The notes under the pieces are model-generated. The model saw only the letters and a list, made by a program, of their open reading frames with translations, was not told where the DNA came from and did not search any database. A stretch of 64,000 nt of DNA, from positions 3,040,001 to 3,104,000 of the forward strand of contig CP170459.1 in assembly GCA_047947115.1 (NCBI GenBank), written 5' to 3'. Shown piece by piece: positions 8,161 through 20,500 of this stretch. The stretch is from Verrucomicrobiota bacterium. Lineage in GTDB: Bacteria > Verrucomicrobiota > Verrucomicrobiia > Limisphaerales > AAA164-E04. The stretch's first letter is position 1. Every line of letters starts with the position of its first letter. Both the position numbers and the translations under genes were made by a program.

Positions 8161-10470
8161 ATGTCCTTCGGAGCCTCAGCCGATAATCTGCCCACCGAAA
8201 AGCCCAAACCCCTGGGAGTCGACGCCACTCGTCTGGATACACACGAACAGGGGCGTGTGCTGCCATACGTGGCCGGTGTGTTCCGCATCGGGGGCACGTT
8301 CCTGTGCGAACCGTGGAATGTGCGCTCCGAGGAAATCCGTCAGAAGGTGGGCAAGAAAAAGCAAACCGTTGGCTACAACTATTTCTGCTCCTTTGCCGTT
8401 GCCTTCTGTCTTGGGCCGATTGATCGATTGGATGCCATTTATTTGGATGACGATGAAATCTGGTCTGGCGGTGTCGTGCGGGGCGTTGAGGATTACCTGG
8501 ACATCACGATCTCAAGCCGGGGGACGCTGCGGCTATACTGGGGAACGGATACGCAAACCCAAGACGGCGACCTGGCTACCAGTGGAACCACGCACCCAGC
8601 CTACCGAGGGCAGTGCTATGCCGTGTTCCTGGATTGGTCGATTGGAAGCCGCACCAACATCCCTAATATCGAAATCCAGGGGAAACGCATCCCGACATTC
8701 CCTTGGATCGTGGTGGATGAAGCCATCGGCGATGACGTCAACCCCGTGGCGGTGTTGGCCGATCTTTGGCAATCGCCATTCTTCGGGCTCGGGCTTTCGG
8801 CTGATCGATTGAATCAACCCTTGCTCAATGCGACAGCCACGACGCTGGAAGCCGAAGGCCTGGGGCTTTCGCCCATCATCAACTCTGCTGGATCGTTCCT
8901 TCAGGCCTTAGCTGTGCTTCTCGATCACATCGATGGGTATGTCAGCTATGATGCCCAAGGCCGGTTTGGGATCGGTTTGGTGCGAGGTCCTGCCGGAGGA
9001 GAACCGACTTTGAGTGAAGCCGATTTGACTGATTTGCCGGATATTGAATCCGTTTCGTGGTGGGAGACCTATAACGAGGTGTTTGTCCGCTTCCGTAACC
9101 GGGACCGGAAGTTTGCTGATGAATCGGTGTCATGGCGGGACCGAGGGAATTTTGCTGTGGTCGGATCCACTCGCAGCTTGTCCGTTTCCCGGCCTTGGGT
9201 GACAAAGCAGAAGGTTGCTTGGTTGATCGCTGCCGGTCTATGTCGTCAGAAAGCCTTGCCGTTCCTGCGTGGGACGATCCGCGTGAAACGGAGTTCGGCC
9301 GATGGGTTGGACGCTGCCAGCTTGTTCAATCTGAGCTATGCCAACTCGAACGTGAACAGCGTTCTCTGTCGGGTTCAGGAAAAGACACAGGCCGCCCCTG
9401 AAGCTGCTGACGTCCTTATCTCCTGGCAGGAGGATCGAGGATACCTGAACGCCAACCTGGCCGATGTGGCCGAGGATGTGGTGCCTGTTGAGACGACTTA
9501 TGAAACAGAAGCACCTCACGACCAACGTGTGATCGAGCTGCCCTATGCCTATAAGCAGAGCCTAGATCCTTGGATGTTGTTCCTGGTGGCCCGAGGTGAT
9601 GCGCTATCTAATGGTTTTAACGGCTACCGAGAGACCTCGCCATCGAGCTTCGAGCAGGTTGGTTCGTCAGGCGTGTTTGCACTGCGAGGAACCTTGCAGG
9701 CTGAATTTGATGAGTCGGTATTGCGGGAGGACGACAACGCCGAACTGGATGTGCTCTTTGATAGTCCGGACAAGGCACTGGAATCAGTGGCTCACGAAAC
9801 GGCCTTGACCAGTGCGCCGCTACGGATGTTTGTCGGGGACGAAATCATGGTTGGCTACACCGTGACCTTGGTGGCTACGGGACGTTATCGGATCAAAGTC
9901 CTGCGAGCCCGTTACGGAACCAGGCGACGGACGCACGTATCCGGGGCTGAGGTGTTTGCTTTGGTGATCGGCCAGAACGCTCCCTTTGAATATCAACTTC
10001 CCTGGAATCCAGGGATGACATCGGCCAAGTACAAGATTCAGCCCTATCTGATGCACAATGAGCTGGATTTGGGAAGTTGTCCCGAGGTGACGGAGGACGT
10101 CCAGCGTCGGGCTTACTGCCCACCTCCACCTCTGAATCTGCGTGTCAATGGGGATGGCTACGCCCCGACTTACACGACAGGGGAGGATGTTACGGTGAAT
10201 TGGGATGCTGTCAGTGGATTGAGGGCTGTCACTCCGGCGACTCAGGACCTGGCTCCTGATCCGGATCGGATCGTCATCGCTGTCCATGACAGTTCCGGTA
10301 TCTACAAGGGGGAGGTGTCGACAGCTTCCGCCACGGGGCCGTTGATAATTTTAAACGCCGACCTTGTAGCCATCCTTGGTGCGGAAACCGATTTCATCCT
10401 CCGTGGCTTCTCCGAACGCGGAGGATTTCGAAGTCTCGATTACGATCAAATCTCAGTAAAGAAAGAATAG
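8161..10470 (+). CDS. Tail tip / host-specificity protein (gpJ/megatron-like)
   Basis: LPYVAG..RIGG, YFCSFAVAFCLGPID, PAYRG.CY, NP...LADL, NEV.V.F.NR, LRARYGT motifs. Confidence 0.85.
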   Translation: MSFGASADNLPTEKPKPLGVDATRLDTHEQGRVLPYVAGVFRIGGTFLCEPWNVRSEEIRQKVGKKKQTVGYNYFCSFAVAFCLGPIDRLDAIYLDDDEIWSGGVVRGVEDYLDITISSRGTLRLYWGTDTQTQDGDLATSGTTHPAYRGQCYAVFLDWSIGSRTNIPNIEIQGKRIPTFPWIVVDEAIGDDVNPVAVLADLWQSPFFGLGLSADRLNQPLLNATATTLEAEGLGLSPIINSAGSFLQALAVLLDHIDGYVSYDAQGRFGIGLVRGPAGGEPTLSEADLTDLPDIESVSWWETYNEVFVRFRNRDRKFADESVSWRDRGNFAVVGSTRSLSVSRPWVTKQKVAWLIAAGLCRQKALPFLRGTIRVKRSSADGLDAASLFNLSYANSNVNSVLCRVQEKTQAAPEAADVLISWQEDRGYLNANLADVAEDVVPVETTYETEAPHDQRVIELPYAYKQSLDPWMLFLVARGDALSNGFNGYRETSPSSFEQVGSSGVFALRGTLQAEFDESVLREDDNAELDVLFDSPDKALESVAHETALTSAPLRMFVGDEIMVGYTVTLVATGRYRIKVLRARYGTRRRTHVSGAEVFALVIGQNAPFEYQLPWNPGMTSAKYKIQPYLMHNELDLGSCPEVTEDVQRRAYCPPPPLNLRVNGDGYAPTYTTGEDVTVNWDAVSGLRAVTPATQDLAPDPDRIVIAVHDSSGIYKGEVSTASATGPLIILNADLVAILGAETDFILRGFSERGGFRSLDYDQISVKKE

Positions 10471-10475
10471 ACCAC

Positions 10476-11021
10476 ATGGCAACCATACCTCCACACACAC
10501 GACTTAAAGACGTTGAAAACGCCGCCAACTTCATGGCCCTGGTTCAGGACAATTTCGAGGTTCTGGCCGCAGAAGCAGCCAAACGAGAACCGACTTACCA
10601 GAACGGGATGCCGACCACGGTCATTGGTCCGCCAACGACGGGAGATCACGTCACCGACGAGTTCTGGCGTGATGCCCTGGATGGGGAATGGGTTTGCTCC
10701 GTTGCCGGGACTCCTGGGACGTGGAAACAAATCCGGCCAGCAGCGGTGACTGTTGATCCGTCAACAGGGACGATCCCGACGGGGTATTTGATTTGGAACG
10801 TCACCGACGGGGCGTTGAAGCGACATGCCGGCAGCTATTCGTGGGAGATTGGAATCGGGGCGGATACCACTGCCAAGGTGGGGTTTCATGGCGCCACGCC
10901 AACCGGGCAGAGGGCTGGAGCGGATCAAGTCTCTGCAACGGACCTCACAAGCGTCATCACCTTGGCCAATGAACTCCGTGCCGCTCTCGTGGAAAAGGGG
11001 TTGATTAAGGGGGGAGTTTGA
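10476..11021 (+). CDS. Short phage fibre/decoration protein
   Basis: Thr/Gly/Trp-rich; C-terminal VGFHGATP...LANELRAALVEKGLI trimer-type motif; last + strand gene of the module. Confidence 0.55.
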   Translation: MATIPPHTRLKDVENAANFMALVQDNFEVLAAEAAKREPTYQNGMPTTVIGPPTTGDHVTDEFWRDALDGEWVCSVAGTPGTWKQIRPAAVTVDPSTGTIPTGYLIWNVTDGALKRHAGSYSWEIGIGADTTAKVGFHGATPTGQRAGADQVSATDLTSVITLANELRAALVEKGLIKGGV

Positions 11022-11106
11022 TTGGGGCGGTATCGTTAAACTACACGTCTCCAAATCTTAAGTCACCAACAGCCCCCTACGGGAAAATGGTCCCTTGTAA
11101 AGCTAG

Positions 11107-11607
11107 CTATTTTATCCAATCACTATAAGCGGCTTGTCCCCTGACACTGCTTGCAATAGGTGGCAGGTAGTTTTTCATGGATGATTGGTCGATGCGCACT
11201 TTTATGTCAAATGCAGTATCCTCTTCGTAAAAAAATGCCTTCAAACGCCAACGTGTTCCAATTAGAGGTTTAGGGATCGAGACATTACCGGTCGAACCTG
11301 GACTGACTCTTAAATCCCCAACAGGCGCCAAAGAAATGTTAGTGACAGTGCCATCTTGGAATTCCATAAACCAGCTATCCGGGCACATTATCGGCGAAGT
11401 CCCATTGTTAACAAAATCAAAATTGAGATGGGAATTTGTCGGAGGTTGGTTTTTGCTTTTCTTCAGCATAACTGCTTGCACTGAAGAGGAATTTGCAGTG
11501 GAGATCAGATAAGCTAAAAGGTAAAATATTAATAATATGAGAGTAAGGAAAACCACCACTTTGGCTATTCTCTTATTACTGAAACCTAGCTTATTCAAAG
11601 TTTCCAT
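11107..11607 (-). CDS. Prophage accessory membrane-anchored protein, unknown function
   Basis: N-terminal TM helix then beta-rich domain; visibly AT-richer than tail genes; opposite strand. Confidence 0.7.
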   Translation of the reverse strand: METLNKLGFSNKRIAKVVVFLTLILLIFYLLAYLISTANSSSVQAVMLKKSKNQPPTNSHLNFDFVNNGTSPIMCPDSWFMEFQDGTVTNISLAPVGDLRVSPGSTGNVSIPKPLIGTRWRLKAFFYEEDTAFDIKVRIDQSSMKNYLPPIASSVRGQAAYSDWIK

Positions 11608-11754
11608 AATTCATGAGTAGGGGAAACACCAATATTCGTCAAGTCAGACAAAGACCAACGAGAGCTTCGGGCGGCGCTGGTGGGCGTTCAGTCTTGAACT
11701 TCATTTGATGGCTCAACTGCGCAAAGCATCAATGCATCATTCTTTGTTAGGTTT

Positions 11755-12210
11755 TCAATTTTTGGGTGGCTGGTAGTTAGAAAGAAATCCATGAAGTAAC
11801 CGGTTCAACTCAATGCTACAGTCGCTGAACTTGTCGGCAGCATCTTCGAGGTCCTTCACCTCGAAAATCGATTTGGAACTGAGACGGGATTTCCCGTCGT
11901 CGTTATTACAAGGCTTCCCATGGAGAATACTGTTCCGCAGTGGTACGAGCTTGGTGAAGGTGTCGGCTGCTGCTTGTAATTCGTCTCGCTCCTCTGATTT
12001 GGGCATGTTCCGAACGAGTTCGTTCAGCTTCTTGGCAATTCGCCCTGCGGTGAGCTCATCTTTCAAGAATCTCTGGAGAGATCCAGGTTTGATTCGTTGA
12101 GCACAATAGACTACGTTCCATTCGCAAATAGCGAAACAAAACATCGCGACCCCCAGCGCATGGGAGTAGTCATTATCGATTGGCTGCCGAAGGCGTGATT
12201 CTTTCATCAT
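11755..12210 (-). CDS. Prophage accessory protein with HEPN-like Rx4H motif
   Basis: 151 aa all-helical pattern with LRNSILHG; RBS-like AGGA before ATG. Confidence 0.7.
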   Translation of the reverse strand: MMKESRLRQPIDNDYSHALGVAMFCFAICEWNVVYCAQRIKPGSLQRFLKDELTAGRIAKKLNELVRNMPKSEERDELQAAADTFTKLVPLRNSILHGKPCNNDDGKSRLSSKSIFEVKDLEDAADKFSDCSIELNRLLHGFLSNYQPPKN

Positions 12211-12446
12211 TCCTGTCTATCGTTTCTACCTAAAGGATATGACGATCAGTTGTCAATTCCTTGAATAACGGAGCTCTCCAGCCCCCTCCAAACCCCCAAA
12301 TATTTGGCAATTATTTGGTTTCCGGCCATACCGCACCAGAGTAGACCACGGTGAACCCAAATTTGGACTGAAAACGCAATGCGGTGCGAAAGTTTCTGAG
12401 AGTCAGGTGGTTTTTGAGCCAAAAAGGGCTGAAAATCGAAGAAAAT

Positions 12447-12523
<77 letters not shown>

Positions 12524-12539
12524 AACCGAGTGAGTGGCA

Positions 12540-12569
12540 AATATGTTACGTTCGCCGAGTTGTTTGCAA
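12540..12569 (-). promoter_or_regulatory. sigma70-type promoter of tRNA-fMet
   Basis: TTGCAA-N18-CATATT; the two boxes are conserved in the duplicate (12700-12729) while the spacer is not. Confidence 0.65.
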
Positions 12570-12606
12570 GCGAATTCTTGCGACAACTTAAAAATCTTTT
12601 TTATTA

Positions 12607-12682
12607 GACAGGGATTCGAACCTGTGATCCCGCGACTGCGGGATTATGAGCCTGCCGAGCTACCGGGCTGCTCTACCCCGCT
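12607..12682 (-). pseudogene. Degenerate tandem copy of tRNA-fMet with hairpin insertion and lost 3' acceptor strand
   Basis: AGCGGGGTAGAGCAGCCCGGTAGCTCGGCAGGCTCATAA-TCCCGCAGTCGCGGGA-TCACAGGTTCGAATCCCTGTC; matches intact tRNA apart from the replaced segment. Confidence 0.85.
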
Positions 12683-12699
12683 AATCGAGTGAGGTGGCG

Positions 12700-12729
12700 A
12701 ATATGCAGGTTTCCTTACGTGGACTGCAA
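12700..12729 (-). promoter_or_regulatory. Duplicated sigma70-type promoter of the pseudo-tRNA
   Basis: TTGCAG-N18-CATATT, 160 bp from the equivalent promoter of the intact tRNA. Confidence 0.6.
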
Positions 12730-12766
12730 GGGAATTCTCAAATTAATTACAAAAAAGTTTTGATTC

Positions 12767-13012
12767 CTATGCTGTTTCCTTTTTAGCAGCCATTTCTTTG
12801 ATGCCCAGGGCCAGAATGATGATTCCCAGGACGGCGATGACGCCGAGGAGGCCAAAGTATTGGCTTTTGGAGATTTCCTTGCCGAAGAGGATCAGGGTTT
12901 GGCTTTGTTGAAAGGTTTCGCCTGCTTCGCCTGACATTTTGCTGGTGTGGTAAATAAATGGCGTCAGCATCAAACCTGCGCCCACGATGATCCGGATGAT
13001 TGCACTGCTCAT
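12767..13012 (-). CDS. Small two-TM membrane protein
   Basis: 81 aa, two hydrophobic helices, basic C-terminus. Confidence 0.7.
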   Translation of the reverse strand: MSSAIIRIIVGAGLMLTPFIYHTSKMSGEAGETFQQSQTLILFGKEISKSQYFGLLGVIAVLGIIILALGIKEMAAKKETA

Positions 13013-13163
13013 GATGGCTGTATTGGATGGGTTCGAAGGGGTTTTGTCAATATGGGGGTGGTTCTATTTGTTTTCTCGTTCGGAAATTTCTTTTTGTCGA
13101 TATAGTCAGGCGACGGCAACCATTGACGTTAATCAACAGGCTGTGCATACTTGGCAAAGATTG

Positions 13164-13397
13164 ATGATTCATCCAGAAGACATGATCGAACCGGAATGGC
13201 TGGAGTGGTATCAGATGACACCACTTCAACGTTTGGAGGCATCGGAACGACTCCGACAAGATTACCTCGCCATGGGAGGCAGCCTCGAACCTGACCCTGA
13301 CCCTCAGAGCCCGTTCTGGAGCAGGGAAGAAATCGAGGCCTTTGCCAAAGTCCACGCCAAAGCCCGCGAACGCGCTTTCAAATTAAATAAGCCATGA
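13164..13397 (+). CDS. Small partner protein of nucleotidyltransferase (putative antitoxin)
   Basis: EWYQMTPLQRLEAS motif typical of small genes preceding Pol-beta-type NTases; ATGA overlap with next gene; ATG 13164 chosen. Confidence 0.65.
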   Translation: MIHPEDMIEPEWLEWYQMTPLQRLEASERLRQDYLAMGGSLEPDPDPQSPFWSREEIEAFAKVHAKARERAFKLNKP

Positions 13398-14149
13398 CTC
13401 GTTCCGGACTTCAAACAGTTCTGAGTGTCATGAGACGGCATGACGTGAAATGTTTGCTGATGGGAGGGCAGGCATGTGTGCTTTATGGGGCTTCAGAGTT
13501 TACCAAAGATGTAGATTTTGCAGTCCTCGCTGAACCTGACAATCTCAAACGAATTGGTCTTGCCATGGAAGAATTGCAGGCAATCGTTATTGCAGTGCCT
13601 CCGTTTTCTGATGAATGCCTGGATCAGGGGCTGTCTGTTCACTTTCGGTGTCAGGCGGTGGATGTAGAAGGTTTAAGAGTGGATATTATGTCCCGTATGA
13701 GGGGAGTGGATTCGTTTCAGACTTTATGGAATCGACGTAGTATCATTCTCGATACCCATGGAAATGAAATATCCGTCTTAAATGTCCGGGATTTAGTAAA
13801 AGCAAAAAAAACGCAGCGAGATAAAGACTGGCCCATGATCCAACGTCTGATGGAAGTGCAATACTTGAACGGCATTGAGGACTGTGCTCGTCAGGATATT
13901 GACTTTTGGCTTCAAGAGCTTCGAACCCCTGAATTGTTGATTGAAGCTGTTCAAAAGTTCTCAAAGGAGGCTGATGTGCTTTCACCTACGCGTCCTTTAC
14001 TCAAAATCGCAATGAACGGGGATGTTGAGAAATTGGATCGTGCGTTGATGGAAGAAGTAGCCCGTGAGAAGGAGAAGGATCGTCAACACTGGGCGCCCCT
14101 TCGTGAGCGATTGGCTCAGTATCGGCGTGAGGCGAGAGGAGACCATTGA
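13394..14149 (+). CDS. Pol-beta superfamily nucleotidyltransferase (DUF6036/AbiEii-like)
   Basis: LMGGQACVLYG..EFTKDVD (GG..DxD), RVDI, K.T.RDKD motifs. Confidence 0.8.
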   Translation: MTRSGLQTVLSVMRRHDVKCLLMGGQACVLYGASEFTKDVDFAVLAEPDNLKRIGLAMEELQAIVIAVPPFSDECLDQGLSVHFRCQAVDVEGLRVDIMSRMRGVDSFQTLWNRRSIILDTHGNEISVLNVRDLVKAKKTQRDKDWPMIQRLMEVQYLNGIEDCARQDIDFWLQELRTPELLIEAVQKFSKEADVLSPTRPLLKIAMNGDVEKLDRALMEEVAREKEKDRQHWAPLRERLAQYRREARGDH

Positions 14150-14364
14150 TAACACCTAAGAAACAGGATTGTTTTGCGTTTGAATACAGGTTGTTGCACA
14201 ACTTGCTGAAATAATTTGAGTCAAGGTGGTATCATGTTCATGGACCTGCGGCCGCAGGTCCCTGCCACAGGGTGGCTAATCCGGTTGAATGCGCTTTGGG
14301 ACCAATATTCTTCGATTTTTCTATGATTGGCTTCCAGTTTTTCATACTAAATGGGCTGCAATAA

Positions 14365-17106
<2,742 letters not shown>

Positions 17107-17204
17107 GCAGGAGTTTTTTTTTGACGGGATTAACAGGATGGACTGGATGATATCCTTTTGATAAGTGTCAATAGTCAGTTTACGTTCTGACTCGTTTAAG
17201 AAGG

Positions 17205-17498
17205 ATGAAAATGATTATGCACAATCCAGCCCATCCAGGTGAATTGGTTAAGCATGACTGTTTGGATGCCCTGGGGCTGAGTGTCACAGAAGGCGCGAAA
17301 GTTCTTGGAGTGACACGACAGGCGTTGAGCAATTTGGTTAACAAACACGCCGGTTTGTCACCGGAAATAGCCATCCGATTGGAGAAGACCTTTGGAAGTT
17401 CAGCTCAGGCATGGTTGAAAATGCAAATGCAATATGAACTTTGGGTGGCTCAACAGAAAGCTTCCGAGATCAAGGTCGAGCGTTACCAAATAGTCTGA
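17205..17498 (+). CDS. higA: HigA-family antitoxin (XRE HTH), no adjacent toxin
   Basis: [32 protein letters not shown]...SPE.A.RL...FG..A..WL.MQ..Y. Confidence 0.9.
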   Translation: MKMIMHNPAHPGELVKHDCLDALGLSVTEGAKVLGVTRQALSNLVNKHAGLSPEIAIRLEKTFGSSAQAWLKMQMQYELWVAQQKASEIKVERYQIV

Positions 17499-17546
17499 AT
17501 CTTATATCAACCTTGTCTTGGGAGGGCGTTTGGATAATATCCGCGG

Positions 17547-20500
17547 ATGAACCCTCATCAGGATGGATATGGTCACAGAGCCCTTCGGCTTTCCTGTATT
17601 GTTTTCTTTTCCACGCAATTGATCGGTCTGGGCGCCACGCAGCAGATCGGTATTCATGAATTCACACTTCCGGATGGTTTCGTGATCGAGCGGGTGGCGG
17701 GATCGCCATTGGTGGAACGTCCGATTGTCGCTGATTACGATGATCAGGGGCGTTTGTATGTGGCGGATTCATCCGGATCGAATGACAAGGTCCAGCAACA
17801 GTTGGAAGACAAACCGCATCGAATCGTTCGACTGGAGGACACGGATGGCGATGGGGTGTTTGACCAAAGTGTTGTCTTTGCAGAAGATCTGATGTTTCCG
17901 GAAGGGGTGCTTTACCATGATGGCGCCATCTATTGTGGAGCGCCTCCTGAGATCTGGAAGTTGGAGGATACCGACGGGGATGGAGTCTGTGATCAGCGCG
18001 AAGTCTGGTTTGATGCGAAGACATTGACCGGTTGCGCGAATGACATCCATGGTCCGTATCTGGGGAAAGACGGCTGGATTTATTGGGCCAAGGGCGCCTT
18101 TGCCGAGCAAACCCATACTTTGTTCAACGGTCAAACCATCCGTGATTCAGCCGCTCATATTTTCAGATGCCTTCCTGATTTGAGCGAATTCGATTCCGTC
18201 ATGAGCGGGGGCATGGACAACCCGATCGAGGTGGTGTTTGATGACGCTGGCGAAGTGTTTTTTACGACGACCTTTTATGCGCATCCCAGAGGGGGGAAAC
18301 GGGACGCGCTGGTGCATGCCTTGTATGGAGGGGTGTATCCCAAGGAACACGGAGTGCTGGATGGCTTGACCCTGACCGGTGCCTACCTGCCTGCCATGAC
18401 GCATCTGGGACCTGCTGCTCCCAGTGGTTTGGCTCGCTATGAGTCAGCGGTGTTTGGAGATAATTTCCATGGCAACCTTTTCAGTACCCAATTTAATCTG
18501 AGAAAAGTTCAACGTCATCAGCTTATTCCAGATGGAGCGACCTTCCGTACTTTGGATTCAGATTTTGTTGTGTCGTCACATCATGATTTTCATCCAACCG
18601 ATGTGCTGGAAGCAGGGGACGGATCCCTTCTGGTGGTGGACACCGGCGGGTGGTATAAACTCTGTTGTCCAACCTCGCAGCTTTACAAACCTGATGTATT
18701 GGGGGCGATTTACCGGGTGCGAAAAGTGGGGCAGCCAGCGTTTGCGAATCCGTTTGGGAACGACATGGAATGGCGTTCAATCCACGTGTTTCAACTGATT
18801 GCTTTACTGGATGATCCGCGGCCGCAAGTCAGAGAGCGAGCCATTCAGGCTCTGGTAAAAATAGGAGAAGCTGCCGTTGCTCCTTTGTCTACAACCCTAT
18901 TGTCGGAACAATCTACACTTGTTGCCAAGCAACATGCTATTTGGTCGCTGACCCGCATGGATTCCAAAAATGCGAGAGCGGCCGTCAGGCGGATGTTGAG
19001 GGAACGTGAGCCAAGGCTCGTTCGTACCGCCCTTCATTCTGTGAATGTTCGGAGGGATAAGGAGGCTGTCGGGGATCTACTCACTCTTATCGGACATCAG
19101 GATCCTCACATCGCTCGGAAAGCGGTGGAAGCCATTGGGCGAATCGGTGAGAGCCAGTTATCGGATGCTTTGCTATCGCGTGTTCATCATGTCTATGACC
19201 GTTCTCATGAACACGCGCTGGTTTTTGCGTTGATTCAATCAGGAGCGCATCCCGACAGTCTGAAAAAAGTCATGCATGAGGAGGAGAATGAAGCTTTGCG
19301 TCGGGTGGCATTGCTTGCTTTGAGTCAGATTGCCGCAGAACAATTGGCTGCTGGCGAAGTTGCGGAACTATTTGGTTCGGAGTCTGACATATTGAAGGAA
19401 ACGGCCTTGTGGGTGGCTGGTTTCCATCCGGAATGGGGTGGTGAGTTGGCTGACCATTTCGCCAGACAATTGCAACACGCATCATCAGATGCCGAGAGGA
19501 TATCCGAGCTTGCCTCTCAGGTGAATTTGTTTGTGTCGAATCCGAGCGTTCAACAGCGATTGGCTGCCTTGCTGGTAGATTCGGATATTTCACTGGATGT
19601 GAAAGAGGCGGTGCTGAAGATCATGCAATCCGGAAATCTGCGTCAGGTTCCAGCGAGTTGGGTCAAAAGCGCCGCGAACGTATTGGTGAATGAATCCTCC
19701 GAATTGAAGCAACTTGCTGTTGAAACGTTGAACCATTGGCCGCTCAATGACAGTCATGCCGCGACGTTGATTCCCGTGACAACGGCGATTGACGCCATAC
19801 AGCCTGAGTCCGGAGCTTACCGGCTTCAGGTATTGGGAATCCTGGCGCAATTGCAGAAGGAATTGAATGATGAACAGATTGCTCAGCTCACTTCCCAGTT
19901 TCGGAAAAGTGATGACAATGCCTTGCGGGATCAAGTCGTGGACACGCTGAGAGCGTGTCGTTTGTCGACCACGCAACTTCGGAGTGTCTTACCCGTGTTC
20001 GACCAATCCGGGCCGCTTCAATTGGCAAGTTTGGTGGAGTTGTTCCATGGGGCGGCGCTATCTGAGCTGGGGATGAGCCTGATGGATCGACTGGACACGG
20101 CTCCGGCCAAGTCCTCTGTTCGCCCCGATCTCCTGTTGTATGCCATTGAATCCTTTCCCGACGAGGTCAAAGCCCGTGCGAGAGCGTGGCTTCAGTCCAT
20201 GGAAATTGATCTGGACGGCCAGCGTGCCAAATTGGACGCACTCGCTGCCAGTCTTCCCCCTGGAGATGTGCGACGCGGGCAGGCTGTGTTCAAGCACGAA
20301 TCGACCGCCTGTTCGGCATGTCATCAAGTGGGATATGTGGGGGGGCAGGTTGGTCCTGATTTGACTCGGATTGGTTCCGTTCGAACGGAGCGGGATTTAC
20401 TGGAGGCCATTGTTTTTCCGAGCGCGAGTTTTGTGAGAAGTTACGAACCCATGATGGTAGAGACCAAAGATGGAGAGCTTTATTCGGGTGTGATGCATTT

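Larger units (their letters stand above)
1..12446 (+). mobile_element. Prophage, right-hand part (siphovirus-type tail module plus accessory genes), ending at the tRNA-fMet 3' end; continues off the left edge
   Basis: Tightly packed co-directional tail genes 1-11021 in canonical order (tube, chaperone, tape measure, Dit-like, hub, NlpC/P60, tip); AT-rich opposite-strand genes follow; tRNA 3' end faces the element. Confidence 0.9.

Noticed and set aside
773..11021. RcGTA-type gene transfer agent
   Set aside because: Tail tip genes are GTA-like, but the 809-aa tape measure is far longer than expected for a GTA, and accessory genes plus a tRNA boundary fit a prophage; not fully excluded without the left end
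4540..12446. Diversity-generating retroelement or invertible tail-fibre cassette
   Set aside because: No reverse transcriptase, no TR/VR pair differing at adenines, no invertase in the window
12607..12682. Functional class II-like tRNA with a long variable arm
   Set aside because: Anticodon stem cannot pair and the 3' acceptor strand and CCA are missing
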